Shown here piece by piece: positions 9,643-20,052 of a stretch of DNA of 64,000 nucleotides. This DNA is from an uncultured Gemmatimonadales bacterium. Lineage in GTDB: Bacteria > Gemmatimonadota > Gemmatimonadetes > Gemmatimonadales > GWC2-71-9. Every line of letters begins with the position of its first letter. Position 1 is the first letter of the stretch. The position numbers were made by a program, and so were the translations under genes. Where the stretch lies: positions 1,024,001-1,088,000 of the forward strand of contig CAVOGR010000001.1 in assembly GCA_963695555.1 (NCBI GenBank). Reading direction: 5' to 3'. Under the pieces are notes generated by a model, which saw only the letters and a program-made list of their open reading frames with translations, was not told the DNA's origin and searched no databases.

Positions 9643-12036
9643 ATGAACGACGTGACCGCTCCGCGACCTCCATACCTTGCTGCGCTTGCCGCCTTTCTCT
9701 TGGTATTCGTCGGCTACATCCTCACCCTTGCGCCGTCGGTCACGTTCTGGGACGCGGGTGAGTTGATTGCGGCGGCGCACATCCTCGGCATCCCACACCC
9801 GCCGGGCACGCCGCTCTTCGTCATGCTGGGCCATGTGTGGCGCATGCTGGTGCCGGTGGGCGAGGTGGCGTACCGGCTGAATCTGATGAGTGCCTTCTTC
9901 AGCGCACTCGGCGCGGGGCTCTTCTTTCTGGTTGCCCATCACACGCTCGCGCAGCGAATGGCGGATCTCGAGCAAGGCGCCGGACGGGTCCTCGCGCTGG
10001 GCGGCGCGGCCGCGGCCGTGGTCATCGGCGCGTTCACGTTTACCGTGTGGCAAAACTCCAACGAGACCGAAGTCTACGCAGTGGCCACGTTCATCATCGC
10101 AGGCCTGTGTTGGGCCGCGCACATGTGGAGGATGGAGCGGCCCTCGCCGCGCGCGGCGCGGTGGCTTCTCCTGATCATCTACCTCGGCGGCGTGTCGATG
10201 GGCAACCACTTGCTTGCCCTCTTGGCGGGTCCCGCGGTGATCGTATTTGCCGGTTACACGGTGTGGCAGCACCCGGTGCGCGATCCGCTCCACCGCAAGA
10301 CCGAGTGGGCCCAGGTCGCGGTGCTCGCTGGAGTCTGGGCGCTCCTCATCGGCACCGGACTCGGGAGCACCAGCCTCATCATTGTCGGCGGGCTTTGCTT
10401 CGTTGCCGCTGCGGCATTCGCGGCCGGCGCCCACGCGCTGCCCTTCGCGTTGCTGAGCCTCGCCATCGCCTCGATCGGGGTGACGACGTATCTCTTCCTC
10501 TACATCCGGGCGGGGCAGGGTCCGGTCCTGAACGAAGCGGACCCTTCCACGTGGGAATCCCTGCTGGCCGTGATTCGACGCGCGCAGTACCCGGTCCGTA
10601 CGCCATTCGACGACCCCACCGTTCCCCACGGCCCCGGAAACCCCGGTCGCAGCCTCACGATCATGTGGCTGCAGCTGCTCAACTACCTGCAGTACTTCGA
10701 TTGGCAGTGGGCGCAGTCGGTGGGTGGGCGGCTGTTCGACGTCTTTCCCATCCGGACGTTCGCCACCCTCCTGTTCACCGGGCTGGGGCTCAAGGGCTTG
10801 CGAGACCAGTGGCGCACCGACCGGGCTGCATGGTGGTTGTTCTTCGTCCTCTGGCTCACGACCGGGTTGGGGCTCATGGCATACATGAACTTCAAGCCGG
10901 GCTTCAGCTTGCGGTATGACCTCTTTCCCGGCCTCGACCAGCACGAAGTGCGTGAACGTGACTACTTCTTCCTGGTCAGTTTCTCCGTATGGGGACTCTG
11001 GGCGGGCATGGGCCTCGCGTCCCTGGCCCGTTCGGTTGTGAGACGCTGGCGCGGCCGAGGCGGGCGGGCACTGGCGGTGGCGGTTCTGGCGTTGGCCCTG
11101 GTGCCGGTGTTGGGCAATGCCCGCGCGGCGTCCCGGCGCCACGGGCCCGATGCCCGATTGGCGGCGGATTTTTCCTATGACCTGCTCAACTCAGTGCCGC
11201 CGTACGGCATTCTCTTCACCTACGGAGACAACGATACGTTCCCGCTGTGGTGGGCGCAGGAAGTCGAAGGCATTCGACAGGACGTGACCGTCGTCTGCAT
11301 CGCCTTGTCCCACACCACCTGGTACGCCCGCCAGGTGCGGGACAATCCAGTCCGGCCCTTCGACCCGGCTCGTGCCCCGGCTATTTGGCAAGAAGGAAAC
11401 TGGACCATGCCCACCTGGCCGGTTCACACCATGACCGATGCCGAGATTGCGGCGGCGGCGCCGGGGACGTTGCTCGATCGCGAAGTCGAGATCCCGCTTG
11501 GTCCCATCCGCACCGTGGTGCCCGCGGGAACACCGCTCTATCTGGCAGATGTCACGGTGCTCAGGGTGCTGCAACAGAACCTCGGACGTCGGCCCCTGGC
11601 ATGGTCGATCACGGCGGGGACGAATTTCTACGGCCTCAACCGAAATCTGGTCCAGCAGGGACTGGTCCGCCGGGTCCGGCCCGTGCCGGTCGACTCGGCC
11701 GCGATGACCCTGCCGGTGGGCCTGCAGGGCATTGCCCTCGATCGAGACACCACCGAGCGGCTGGCGTGGGAGACCTACCGCTACGCCAGCCTGCTCGCGC
11801 GTGGACCCGCCGGCCTCGACCCGACGGGTCAGAGCTTTGCGGCGAGTCTGGCCGAGCCGTTCGTTCAGCTCGCGGTCGCGTACCAGGACGCCGGCAACAT
11901 TCCCGAAACGTTCCGGAATCTCGATCGCGCGGCGCAGCTCTCCCCAAACCCGGCGCTCCGGACGGCGCTGGAGCAGATGCGGCTCGAGGTGCTGCAGGGG
12001 GTGGATTCGCCACCAGTGGAGGAGAGCAGGAACTAG
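9643..12036 (+). CDS. DUF2723 (TMEM260-like) polytopic membrane protein, putative GT-C glycosyltransferase
   Basis: TFWDAGE...LGIPHPPGTP, ERDYFF and GDNDTFPLW motifs; many hydrophobic segments. Confidence 0.8.
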   Translation: MNDVTAPRPPYLAALAAFLLVFVGYILTLAPSVTFWDAGELIAAAHILGIPHPPGTPLFVMLGHVWRMLVPVGEVAYRLNLMSAFFSALGAGLFFLVAHHTLAQRMADLEQGAGRVLALGGAAAAVVIGAFTFTVWQNSNETEVYAVATFIIAGLCWAAHMWRMERPSPRAARWLLLIIYLGGVSMGNHLLALLAGPAVIVFAGYTVWQHPVRDPLHRKTEWAQVAVLAGVWALLIGTGLGSTSLIIVGGLCFVAAAAFAAGAHALPFALLSLAIASIGVTTYLFLYIRAGQGPVLNEADPSTWESLLAVIRRAQYPVRTPFDDPTVPHGPGNPGRSLTIMWLQLLNYLQYFDWQWAQSVGGRLFDVFPIRTFATLLFTGLGLKGLRDQWRTDRAAWWLFFVLWLTTGLGLMAYMNFKPGFSLRYDLFPGLDQHEVRERDYFFLVSFSVWGLWAGMGLASLARSVVRRWRGRGGRALAVAVLALALVPVLGNARAASRRHGPDARLAADFSYDLLNSVPPYGILFTYGDNDTFPLWWAQEVEGIRQDVTVVCIALSHTTWYARQVRDNPVRPFDPARAPAIWQEGNWTMPTWPVHTMTDAEIAAAAPGTLLDREVEIPLGPIRTVVPAGTPLYLADVTVLRVLQQNLGRRPLAWSITAGTNFYGLNRNLVQQGLVRRVRPVPVDSAAMTLPVGLQGIALDRDTTERLAWETYRYASLLARGPAGLDPTGQSFAASLAEPFVQLAVAYQDAGNIPETFRNLDRAAQLSPNPALRTALEQMRLEVLQGVDSPPVEESRN

Positions 12037-12046
12037 GGCGTGTCCC

Positions 12047-12075
12047 TTCATTTAGGCCGAACCGAGTCCTAGATT
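12047..12075 (+). promoter_or_regulatory. Candidate sigma70 promoter for yggS (possibly leaderless)
   Basis: TTCATT-17 nt-TAGATT in an AT-rich gap; ATG 8 nt downstream and no SD. Confidence 0.4.
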
Positions 12076-12083
12076 TATAGGTT

Positions 12084-12773
12084 ATGGCGTTTCCGGAACT
12101 CCCAATCCGACTGGCCGAGGTCCGGGGGGCCGTGGAGGTCCACCAGCGTCGGGGCGGATGGTCGCACCCGGTCCGTGTCGTAGCCGTCACCAAGACGCAT
12201 GGCCCGGAAGCCGTCCGGGCCGCCGTGGCCGCAGGGATCGATGCCATCGGCGAGAATCGGATCCAGGAAGCGCTGGCCAAGCAGGATGCGCTTGCCGAGG
12301 TGCAGATCGAATGGCACTTCATCGGGCGTTTGCAGCGCAACAAGGTCCGGCGGGCGGTCGGTCGGTTCGCCTGGATTCACTCGGTGGACCGGAATGACTT
12401 GGCCCGAGAACTCGAGCGGCGAGTCCCGCCGGAGGCACCACGGCAGCGCGTATTGGTCGAAGTGAATTGTTCGCGGGAGCCTCAAAAGGGAGGCGTGGAG
12501 CCGGAGGAGTTGCCTGGGCTGTTGGACACGCTGGCCGGGTACGACAGGTTGGATGTCCGAGGTCTCATGACGATGGCCGAGTACACGACCGACCAGCAGG
12601 TGCAGCGGCAGACGTTTCAGCGTCTCCGCTCCCTTCGGGATGAGGCACAGTCCCGCGGGCACGCACTGCCGGAGCTGTCGATGGGCATGTCGGGGGACTA
12701 CACCGTTGCGGTAGAAGAAGGGGCGACAATGATCCGCCTGGGGACCCTGCTCTTTGGAGGACGCAGCGCATGA
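12084..12773 (+). CDS. yggS: PLP homeostasis protein YggS
   Basis: VAVTKT, GENRIQE, WHFIGRLQRNK, LSMGMSGD. Confidence 0.95.
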   Translation: MAFPELPIRLAEVRGAVEVHQRRGGWSHPVRVVAVTKTHGPEAVRAAVAAGIDAIGENRIQEALAKQDALAEVQIEWHFIGRLQRNKVRRAVGRFAWIHSVDRNDLARELERRVPPEAPRQRVLVEVNCSREPQKGGVEPEELPGLLDTLAGYDRLDVRGLMTMAEYTTDQQVQRQTFQRLRSLRDEAQSRGHALPELSMGMSGDYTVAVEEGATMIRLGTLLFGGRSA

Positions 12774-13282
12774 AGGACGACGCGTTTTATCTCACACCGC
12801 ACGACGTGCGGGGGCAGGAGTTCCGCACCGCCTTCCGGGGTTTCAACCCGAGAGAGGTGGAGGACTTTCAGCTGCGGGTCTCGGAGGAGTTGGAGCGCCT
12901 GTTGCGTGAGCGGGCGCAGCTCGAGGAGCGGCTGCGCAACTTCCAAGAACAGTTGCGCGCCTTCCGCGATCGCGAGCGCGCCATGAACGAGGCCCTGCTG
13001 GCGGCGCAGCAGCTGCGGGTGGATGCCGCGAAAGAAGCGGACAGCGAATCGGAAGAGATCATTCGGCGGGCCAAGACCGAGGCGCTGAGAATCCTGGCCG
13101 AGGCCAAACAGAACGAGCGGCTGGTCCGGGAGCGCACCGAGGCGGGACGGCGCCAGTTTGCTGCCTTCCTGGCGAACTTCCGCGGCTTGCTCGAGCGGCA
13201 CCTCGGCGAGGTGGAGGGTCTCGAAGAGAATATCCGGAGCGCAACCGAGGCCCAGACGGAAGCCGTGCAGCGAAGGGCATGA
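12770..13282 (+). CDS. divIVA: DivIVA domain protein
   Basis: LTPHDV...EF..AFRGFN..EVEDF N-terminal motif followed by a coiled coil; yggS-divIVA-ileS context. Confidence 0.85.
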   Translation: MKDDAFYLTPHDVRGQEFRTAFRGFNPREVEDFQLRVSEELERLLRERAQLEERLRNFQEQLRAFRDRERAMNEALLAAQQLRVDAAKEADSESEEIIRRAKTEALRILAEAKQNERLVRERTEAGRRQFAAFLANFRGLLERHLGEVEGLEENIRSATEAQTEAVQRRA

Positions 13283-14112
13283 CCGTCGTCGTCGATACCA
13301 TCGCGGTCCAAGCCGCCGAGGACGCCGTTCGCCGCGTCACACCCTTCGAGCCGGCCATCGGCATCATTCTGGGCACGGGGTTGGGGCAGCTCGCCCGTGA
13401 GATCGAGGTTGCGGCCACCGTCCCATACGACCGAATTCCCGGGTTTCCCGTGCCGACGGTCGAGTCGCATGCCGGCCGCCTCCTGTTCGGCACTCTCGGA
13501 GGGAAGCCCGTTGCGGCGCTCCAGGGTCGATTCCACCGCTACGAAGGCTATGACCTGGCCCAAGTGACGTTTCCGGTCCGGGTCCTCCGGACCTTGGGGT
13601 GCCAGGTCCTCATCGTGTCCAACGCGTGCGGTGGGATGCACCCGCTGTGGCCGGCCGGGGACCTGGTCCTGCTCACGGATCACATCAACCTGCTGGGCGA
13701 CAGCCCGCTCGTCGGCCGCAATGACGACGCAACGGGCCCGCGGTTTCCCGACATGTCGGAGGCGTACGATCCGGAACTCCGCCGCCTCGCCCGCGAGGCG
13801 GCCGTGACGCTCGGCATCCCGCTCCGTGAGGGGGTGTATGCCGCGGTGCCGGGTCCCAGTCTCGAAACACCGGCCGAGTACCGCATGCTCCGCGCGGTCG
13901 GCGCCGATGTGGTCGGCATGTCCACCGTGCCCGAGGTGATCGTCGCCGTCCATGCGGGGCTGCGCGTGCTCGGGGTGTCCCTGATCACGGATCGCTGCCT
14001 GCCCGACGCGCTCGAACCCGTCTCCCTGGAGCAGATTCTCGCCGTCGCCGCCAAGGCGGAGCCGAACTTGACGCGGTTGATTCAACGCGTGGTCGAGCGG
14101 TGGGCGGCATGA
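13279..14112 (+). CDS. punA: Purine-nucleoside phosphorylase (trimeric type)
   Basis: IILGTGLG, QGRFHRYEG, GPSLETPAE, VGMSTVPE. Confidence 0.9.
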   Translation: MTVVVDTIAVQAAEDAVRRVTPFEPAIGIILGTGLGQLAREIEVAATVPYDRIPGFPVPTVESHAGRLLFGTLGGKPVAALQGRFHRYEGYDLAQVTFPVRVLRTLGCQVLIVSNACGGMHPLWPAGDLVLLTDHINLLGDSPLVGRNDDATGPRFPDMSEAYDPELRRLAREAAVTLGIPLREGVYAAVPGPSLETPAEYRMLRAVGADVVGMSTVPEVIVAVHAGLRVLGVSLITDRCLPDALEPVSLEQILAVAAKAEPNLTRLIQRVVERWAA

Positions 14113-17100
14113 CCTTCCGGAAATGGCCGGCGCTGACCCAGGCGCAGTTGGAGGAAGAGCTCTTGGCGCTCTGGAGCGCCGAGGACCTGTTTCACCGGAT
14201 CCAGCGTCGCGCCGACGGCGCCGAGTCGTTCGTGTTCTACGAGGGGCCGCCGACGGCCAACGGCCGTCCGGGGATCCATCACGTCTTCGCCCGGACCATC
14301 AAGGATCTGATCTGCCGGTTCCACGCCATGCTGGGAAGCGGGTGACGCGGATCGCCGGATGGGACACGCACGGATTGCCCGTCGAAATCGAGGTGGAGAA
14401 GGCGCTCGGCCTGAACGGGAAGCAGGACATCGAACGGTTCGGGGTCGCGAAGTTCAACGGCCGCTGCCGCGAGAGCGTGTTCGCGTACAAGTCGGAATGG
14501 GAGCGGTTGTCGGATCGGATCGGGTTACTGGCTGGATTACGACCATCCGTACGTCACGTACAGCGAACGACTACGTCGAGACCGTCTGGTGGTTGCTCGC
14601 GCCGGCTGTACGACCGTGGGCTGCTACGCGCGGGCACAAGGTGCTGCCGTACTGCCCCCGCTGCGGGACGGTGCTCTCGAGCCACGAGCTGGCTCTGGGC
14701 TACGGGACGTCACCACCCGCTCCGTCTACGTCCAGCTTCCGCTCCTGGACGATCCCACCCGCAAACTGCTGGTCTGGACGACGACGCCGTGGACGCTCCT
14801 GTCCAACGTCGCGGTCGCCGTCAATCCGGACCTCGGTACGTGGAGTACATGGACGGCTCGCGGCTCATCCTCGTCGAGCGGGCGGCGCCATTCAGCTCGA
14901 GGCGGCCCGGGTGGCGACGTGGGTCCCACCGCGACGTTGGCCGACCGGCCGTGCGGGCGGTGTCGACCATGCGCGGCCGCGCCTGGTCGGCGCGCGGTAC
15001 GCCGCCCGTTCGATGTGGTGACCGTACCGAGGGTGACGCCGCATCGGTGTGGTGCCCGGCGATTTTGTCTCGGCCGAGGATGGCTCGGGCTTGGTGCACC
15101 TGGCGCCGGCGTTCGGTGCCGACGACTACGCCGCCGGAACGCGAGCACGGTCTCGCGTTCGTCAATCCCGTTCAGGCGGATGGGACCATTCCGAGGCACC
15201 GCCTGGCCGACCTCGAGGGGCGGCAGGTCACGGCAAGGAAACCAACGCGCTGATCATCGAGCGACTGGAAGACGACGGCACGTGGCACCGACCGAGGCGT
15301 ACGAGCATGCGTATCCGCACTGCTGGCGCTGCCGCAGCCATTGATCTACTATGCGCGCGACTCGTGGTTCGTTCGCACCTCGGCGGTCACGGACCGGATG
15401 CTCAGGCCAACGCGTCGGTCGGGTGGCATCCGCCGGAGGTCGGCTTCGGGCGGTTTGGGGCCTGGCTCGAAAACAACATGGATTGGGCCCTGTCGCGGGA
15501 CCGGTATTGGGGCACGCCGCTGCCGGTGTGGGTGTGCGATGCCGACCCCGAGCACACCGAGGTCATCGGGAGCTACGATCAGTTGTCGGAGCGGTGGGGC
15601 AGGCCCCTGCCGGCGGGCTTCGATCCGCACAAGCCGTTCATCGACTCGGTCACCTGGATGTGCGCATGTGGGGGTACCATGCGCCGCACACCGGAGGTCA
15701 TCGACACGTGGTTCGATTCGGGCGCCATGCCGTACGCGCAGTGGCACTATCCGTTCGAGCACGAGTCGGAATTCGAGTCACACTTTCCCGCCGACTTCAT
15801 CTGTGAAGGGATCGACCAGACGCGGGGATGGTTCTACTCGCTCCTGGCGATCGCCGTGACGGCGTTCGAGCAGGCGCCGTATCGCAATGTCGTCGTCAAC
15901 GAGCTGGTGCTCGACTCGGACGGCCAGAAGATGTCGAAGAGTCGCGGCAACGTGGTGGAGCCGTGGGACGTTATCCAGACATTTGGCGCCGACACGGTGC
16001 GGCTCTACCTCATCGCCTCGAGCCAGGTGTGGTTGCCCAAACGATTCGACGCGCGGACCATTGCCGAAGTCGCGGGTGGGTTCTTCGAGACGCTCAAGCA
16101 CACGTACACGTTCTTTGCGCTGTACGCGGGCGACTGGAGCCCGGCACCGGCGCCGTCCGATCGCCCGCTGGTGGACCGGTGGCTCGCGAGCCGCCTTGCC
16201 GCAACGGTTGAGGCGGTAACCGCGAGCTGGGCGGCGTATGACGTCACCACGGGCCTCCGGGCCCTGATGGATTTCGTGGTCGATGATCTCTCCAACTGGT
16301 ACGTCCGGATCAACCGCGACCGCTTCTGGGCCCCCGACACCACGCCCGATCCGGCGGCGCTTGCCACCCTCTACGAGGCCCTGCTCACCACGGCCCGGCT
16401 GTTGGCGCCCGCCGCACCGTTCGTGAGCGATTGGCTGCACCGCGCGCTCGGGGACGGCTCGGTGCACCTCGCACGATTCCCCGATGCGGGAGCGGCACGT
16501 GATCCGGGGCTCGAACAGGCCATGGCCGCCATCCGGCAGCTGGTCTCGCTCGGCCGGGCCGGCAGGGAGTCCGCCGGCCTCCGAGTCACGGCAACCGCTC
16601 GCGCGTATGCAGGTTGCCGTGCCGGCCGGCGTGTTGGGACAGTACGAGAACGAGTTGCTGGAACTGCTCCGAACCGAGGTCAACGTCAAATCGGTGGGGG
16701 TGGTGGCGTCGGACGCCGATCTCGTTCGCCTGAAGGGCAAGCCCAATTTTCGGGCCCTCGGCAAGCGGTTCGGGAACGAGACGCCGGAAGTCGCCAAGGC
16801 GGTGTCACGACTCACCCCGGAGCAGCTGCGTCAGCTGGAAGAGGGTGAGGAAGTGAGCGTGGAGGTGAACGGGGCCCGATACTGTTATCTTCCTGGGGAC
16901 CTCGTGGTCGAGCGTGAGGTCGTGAGTGACTGGCTGGTCCAGAGCAGCGGGCAATGCGTGGCGGCGCTCGATCCGACCCTGTCGCCCGAATTACGCCGGG
17001 AAGGCGTGGCACGGGAGTTGATCCATCGGATCCAGCGGCTCCGAAAAGAGGCCGGCTACGAGTACACGACGCGGATCGCTCTGAGCATCGCGGGCCCCGA

Positions 17101-17272
17101 AGAGGTGCTGGAAGCCGTGCGGACGCATGAGGCCTTCATTCGCGGGGAGACATTGGCCCGCGAGCTCCATGTCGGCGGCTCCCTCCACGCGCCCGACGTC
17201 GAGCGGGAAATCGACATCGATCAAACACGTGCGATCGTTGGCCTCAAGGCCCACGCGACGCCCACTGAGTAA
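14109..17272 (+). CDS. ileS: Isoleucine--tRNA ligase (type 2), interrupted by multiple frameshifts (likely assembly errors)
   Basis: EGPPTANGRPGIHH, GWDTHGLPVE, WTTTPWTL, GSGLVHLAP, WALSRDRYWGTP, EGIDQTRGWFY and KMSKS are spread over several reading frames. Confidence 0.9.
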
Positions 17273-17300
17273 GAGGCATCGACTAAGGACATCTGAGCGC

Positions 17301-17684
17301 ATGAAGAAGAAGCAACTGGCCCATATCGAGCAGCGCCTGCTCGAGGAGCGGGCGCGAGTGATGAAGGAGTTGGGATTCTACGACGAATCGTTCGCCTCGA
17401 GCCTTCAGTCCTCGGATGGCGACCTTTCGTCCTATTCGTTCCATATGGCAGACCAAGGCACGGATGCGATGGAACGGGAAAAGCAATTCCTGATGGCCTC
17501 GAAGGAAGGCCGGTATTTGTGGCACGTGAACCAAGCGCTCCGGCGCTTGTACGGCGAGCCCAAATCATTCGGCACGTGCCACAGTTGCGGTACGGAGATC
17601 GATTTCGAACGGCTCGACGCACTGCCGCACGCCCGTCTGTGCATCACCTGCAAGGAAAAGGAAGAGGATGGCGAGCGGCGCTGA
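17301..17684 (+). CDS. TraR/DksA C4-type zinc finger protein
   Basis: HMADQGTD coiled-coil tip; CHSC...ERLDALP.ARLCITC. Confidence 0.9.
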   Translation: MKKKQLAHIEQRLLEERARVMKELGFYDESFASSLQSSDGDLSSYSFHMADQGTDAMEREKQFLMASKEGRYLWHVNQALRRLYGEPKSFGTCHSCGTEIDFERLDALPHARLCITCKEKEEDGERR

Positions 17685-18177
17685 GCGACGCCTCTTCTGG
17701 GTTGTGCTGCTGCTGGTCGTGGTGCTCGATGCATCGACCAAACTGATCGCCGAGACATTCCTCCTCAGGACAGCGGCAACCCCAGTCGTAGGAGACTGGT
17801 TTCAGCTCCGCCTGGTGTATAACCAGGGGGCTGCCTTCGGGTTGCACGTGGGTCCATACTCTCGCTGGATCTTCTTCGCGGTCGCCGTTATAGCCGTCAT
17901 CGTGTTGCTGCGGATGTCCCGCCAGGGCGCCAGCGGTGACTGGTTCCGCCAGGGTGCCTTGGGCCTGGTGGCCGGCGGGGCAGCCGGCAATCTCATCGAT
18001 CGTATCCGAAGCGCCCGCGGTGTCGTGGATTTCCTCGATGTCGGCATCGGCACCCTGCGGTGGCCCACATTCAACGTCGCCGACATCGCCGTGAGTCTCG
18101 GTGCCATCGCCTTGGCCATCTCCCTCTGGCGGGAAGACGCTCGCCGGGCCCAGCCGGAGTCCGCCAGCGTCTCGTAA
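17668..18177 (+). CDS. lspA: Lipoprotein signal peptidase II
   Basis: NQGAAFG, GNLIDR, VVDF, FNVAD. Confidence 0.95.
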   Translation: MASGAERRLFWVVLLLVVVLDASTKLIAETFLLRTAATPVVGDWFQLRLVYNQGAAFGLHVGPYSRWIFFAVAVIAVIVLLRMSRQGASGDWFRQGALGLVAGGAAGNLIDRIRSARGVVDFLDVGIGTLRWPTFNVADIAVSLGAIALAISLWREDARRAQPESASVS

Positions 18178-18217
18178 CCCGCCTGCCCCCGCCGGCTCGT
18201 CCGGCGTCCACCTGTCG

Positions 18218-19204
18218 GTGCTCGTCGCGACGACGGAACGGCTCGACCGGTTCCTTGCTGATCAACTTGGCCTCTCCCGGACCCGTGCGGCTCGGCTCGT
18301 CGCCGGAGGCCATGTGTCCGTGGACGGGGTTCGCGCACGCGCGTCGCGCCGGTTGATCCGCGGGGAGCAGGTCACGGTGGAGGTTGCCGAGTCCGAGCCC
18401 CTGACAACGCTCAAGCCGGCGTCGATTCCCCTCACGGTGGTGTACGAAGACGAGGCGCTGGCGGTCATCGATAAGCCCGCCGGACTCGTCGTCCACCCTG
18501 CGCCTGGACATTGGGACGATACGTTGCTCAACGCATTGGTGGCGCGCGGGACGCCGTTGGCCGGTGGGGCGGAGGGCCGCCCCGGCATCGTGCATCGCCT
18601 GGATCGGGACACGTCGGGCCTCATGCTCGTGGCCAAGACGGAACAGGCACACCGGCGCTTGTCGAAGGCGTTGGCCTCCCGCCGGGTCTCCCGTTGCTAC
18701 GCGGCGATGACCTGGGGGCACCTGACCCAAAGCCCTACCACCATCGATGGCCCCATCGCTCGACATCCGGAGGATCGGAAGCGCATGACGGTGCTTGCCG
18801 GGGGCCGGTCGGCGCAGACCACCGCATGGGTCGTCGCACGCTACGGCCCCGTCGAACTGCTCCGCGTTGAACTCGGGACGGGCCGAACCCACCAGATCCG
18901 GGTCCACCTCAGCTACATCGGGCATCCGATCGTGGGTGACCCGGTCTACGGTGGTGGCGGAAGCCGGCGCATCTCGGGCCCCGATCGGAAGACCGCGGAG
19001 GCTATCGAGCGAGCGGCGCCACGCCAGGCACTCCACGCGGCGCTGCTCGGCTTCCGGCATCCGCTGACCGATGAGGAACTCGTGTTCACGTCCGAGTGGC
19101 CGGTCGATCTGAGGCCCGCGCTCGATGTGGCGGCAGATGACGCAAGTCTGGTTGCTGAAAGAGAACCGCTTCGGTATCTTCGTTTCTTCAATAGAGATGG
19201 CTAG
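18218..19204 (+). CDS. RluA/RluD-family pseudouridine synthase with S4 domain (start uncertain)
   Basis: ERLDRFL S4 domain, DKPAGLVVHP, HRLDRDTSG, GRTHQIRVH. Confidence 0.92.
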   Translation: MLVATTERLDRFLADQLGLSRTRAARLVAGGHVSVDGVRARASRRLIRGEQVTVEVAESEPLTTLKPASIPLTVVYEDEALAVIDKPAGLVVHPAPGHWDDTLLNALVARGTPLAGGAEGRPGIVHRLDRDTSGLMLVAKTEQAHRRLSKALASRRVSRCYAAMTWGHLTQSPTTIDGPIARHPEDRKRMTVLAGGRSAQTTAWVVARYGPVELLRVELGTGRTHQIRVHLSYIGHPIVGDPVYGGGGSRRISGPDRKTAEAIERAAPRQALHAALLGFRHPLTDEELVFTSEWPVDLRPALDVAADDASLVAEREPLRYLRFFNRDG

Positions 19205-19625
19205 TTCCGACCCGATGCGTGTGCTCGTCTTTCAGGTTGGAGACCTGGCATGCGGGATACCCGCCGAGTGGGTTCGCGAGGTCCTCCCGGCAGCCACGGC
19301 GACGCGAATCCCCGGTGCACACCCGGTCGTGGACGGCCTGGTCAACGTCCGCGGCAGGATTCTCACTGTGATCGACGGGCACCGCCTACTCAACCGAGCA
19401 CCGCTGCCCGAGCAAGAGGGGGTCACCATCATGGTGGACCTCGCCGGACACTCGTACGGTCTGCGGGTCAGCCAAGTGGACGATCTGTACGAAGTACGCG
19501 AGCAGGACCTCGAAGCGGCCACCGATGCGGCCGCAGGGCACGGTCATGTCGTGCAGGTCGAGGATGGCCCGCAGTTCGTTCTTCTCGGCATCGAATCCCT
19601 CCTGGCGCCGGTTGCCGGGACGTGA
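19197..19625 (+). CDS. cheW: Chemotaxis adaptor CheW
   Basis: VLVFQVG...VREV, TRIPGA..VVDGLVNVRGRILTVID. Confidence 0.85.
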   Translation: MASSDPMRVLVFQVGDLACGIPAEWVREVLPAATATRIPGAHPVVDGLVNVRGRILTVIDGHRLLNRAPLPEQEGVTIMVDLAGHSYGLRVSQVDDLYEVREQDLEAATDAAAGHGHVVQVEDGPQFVLLGIESLLAPVAGT

Positions 19626-19686
19626 CCAACGACCGGGTTCCAGCGTTGTTTCCGTTGCAGTGTCCCGTTCTCCGTGGAGGCAGTCT

Positions 19687-20049
19687 GTGAGCCACACCAT
19701 CCTCGTGTGCGATGACGCGATCTTCATGCGGACGATGATCGGCGATATCCTCACCGGAGCCGGGTATGAGGTCGTCGGCGAGGCGGAGACCGGCGTCCAA
19801 GCGGTGGAGCAGTACTCTCGGCTGAAGCCCGATCTCGTCACGATGGACATCGTCATGCCCGAAATGGGGGGGATCGACGCCGTTCGCGAGATCCGGCGCC
19901 TGGACCCCGACGCCAAGATCCTGATGTGCAGCGCTATGGGACAACAGGCACTCGTGGTCGAGGCGATCCAAGCCGGAGCCAAGGACTTTGTCGTCAAGCC
20001 ATTCCAGCCGTCCCGTGTGCTCGAGGCCGTTCAGCGCGTGTTGGGGTGA
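19687..20049 (+). CDS. cheY: Single-domain response regulator CheY (Bacillus/Thermotoga-like)
   Basis: DDAIFMR, PDLVTMDIVMP, MCSAMGQ, FVVKPF; SD GGAGG before the GTG. Confidence 0.92.
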   Translation: MSHTILVCDDAIFMRTMIGDILTGAGYEVVGEAETGVQAVEQYSRLKPDLVTMDIVMPEMGGIDAVREIRRLDPDAKILMCSAMGQQALVVEAIQAGAKDFVVKPFQPSRVLEAVQRVLG

Positions 20050-20052
20050 GTC

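Noticed and set aside
14109..17272. Programmed frameshifting in ileS
   Set aside because: Too many shifts in both directions and no slippery-site pattern; assembly error is more parsimonious.
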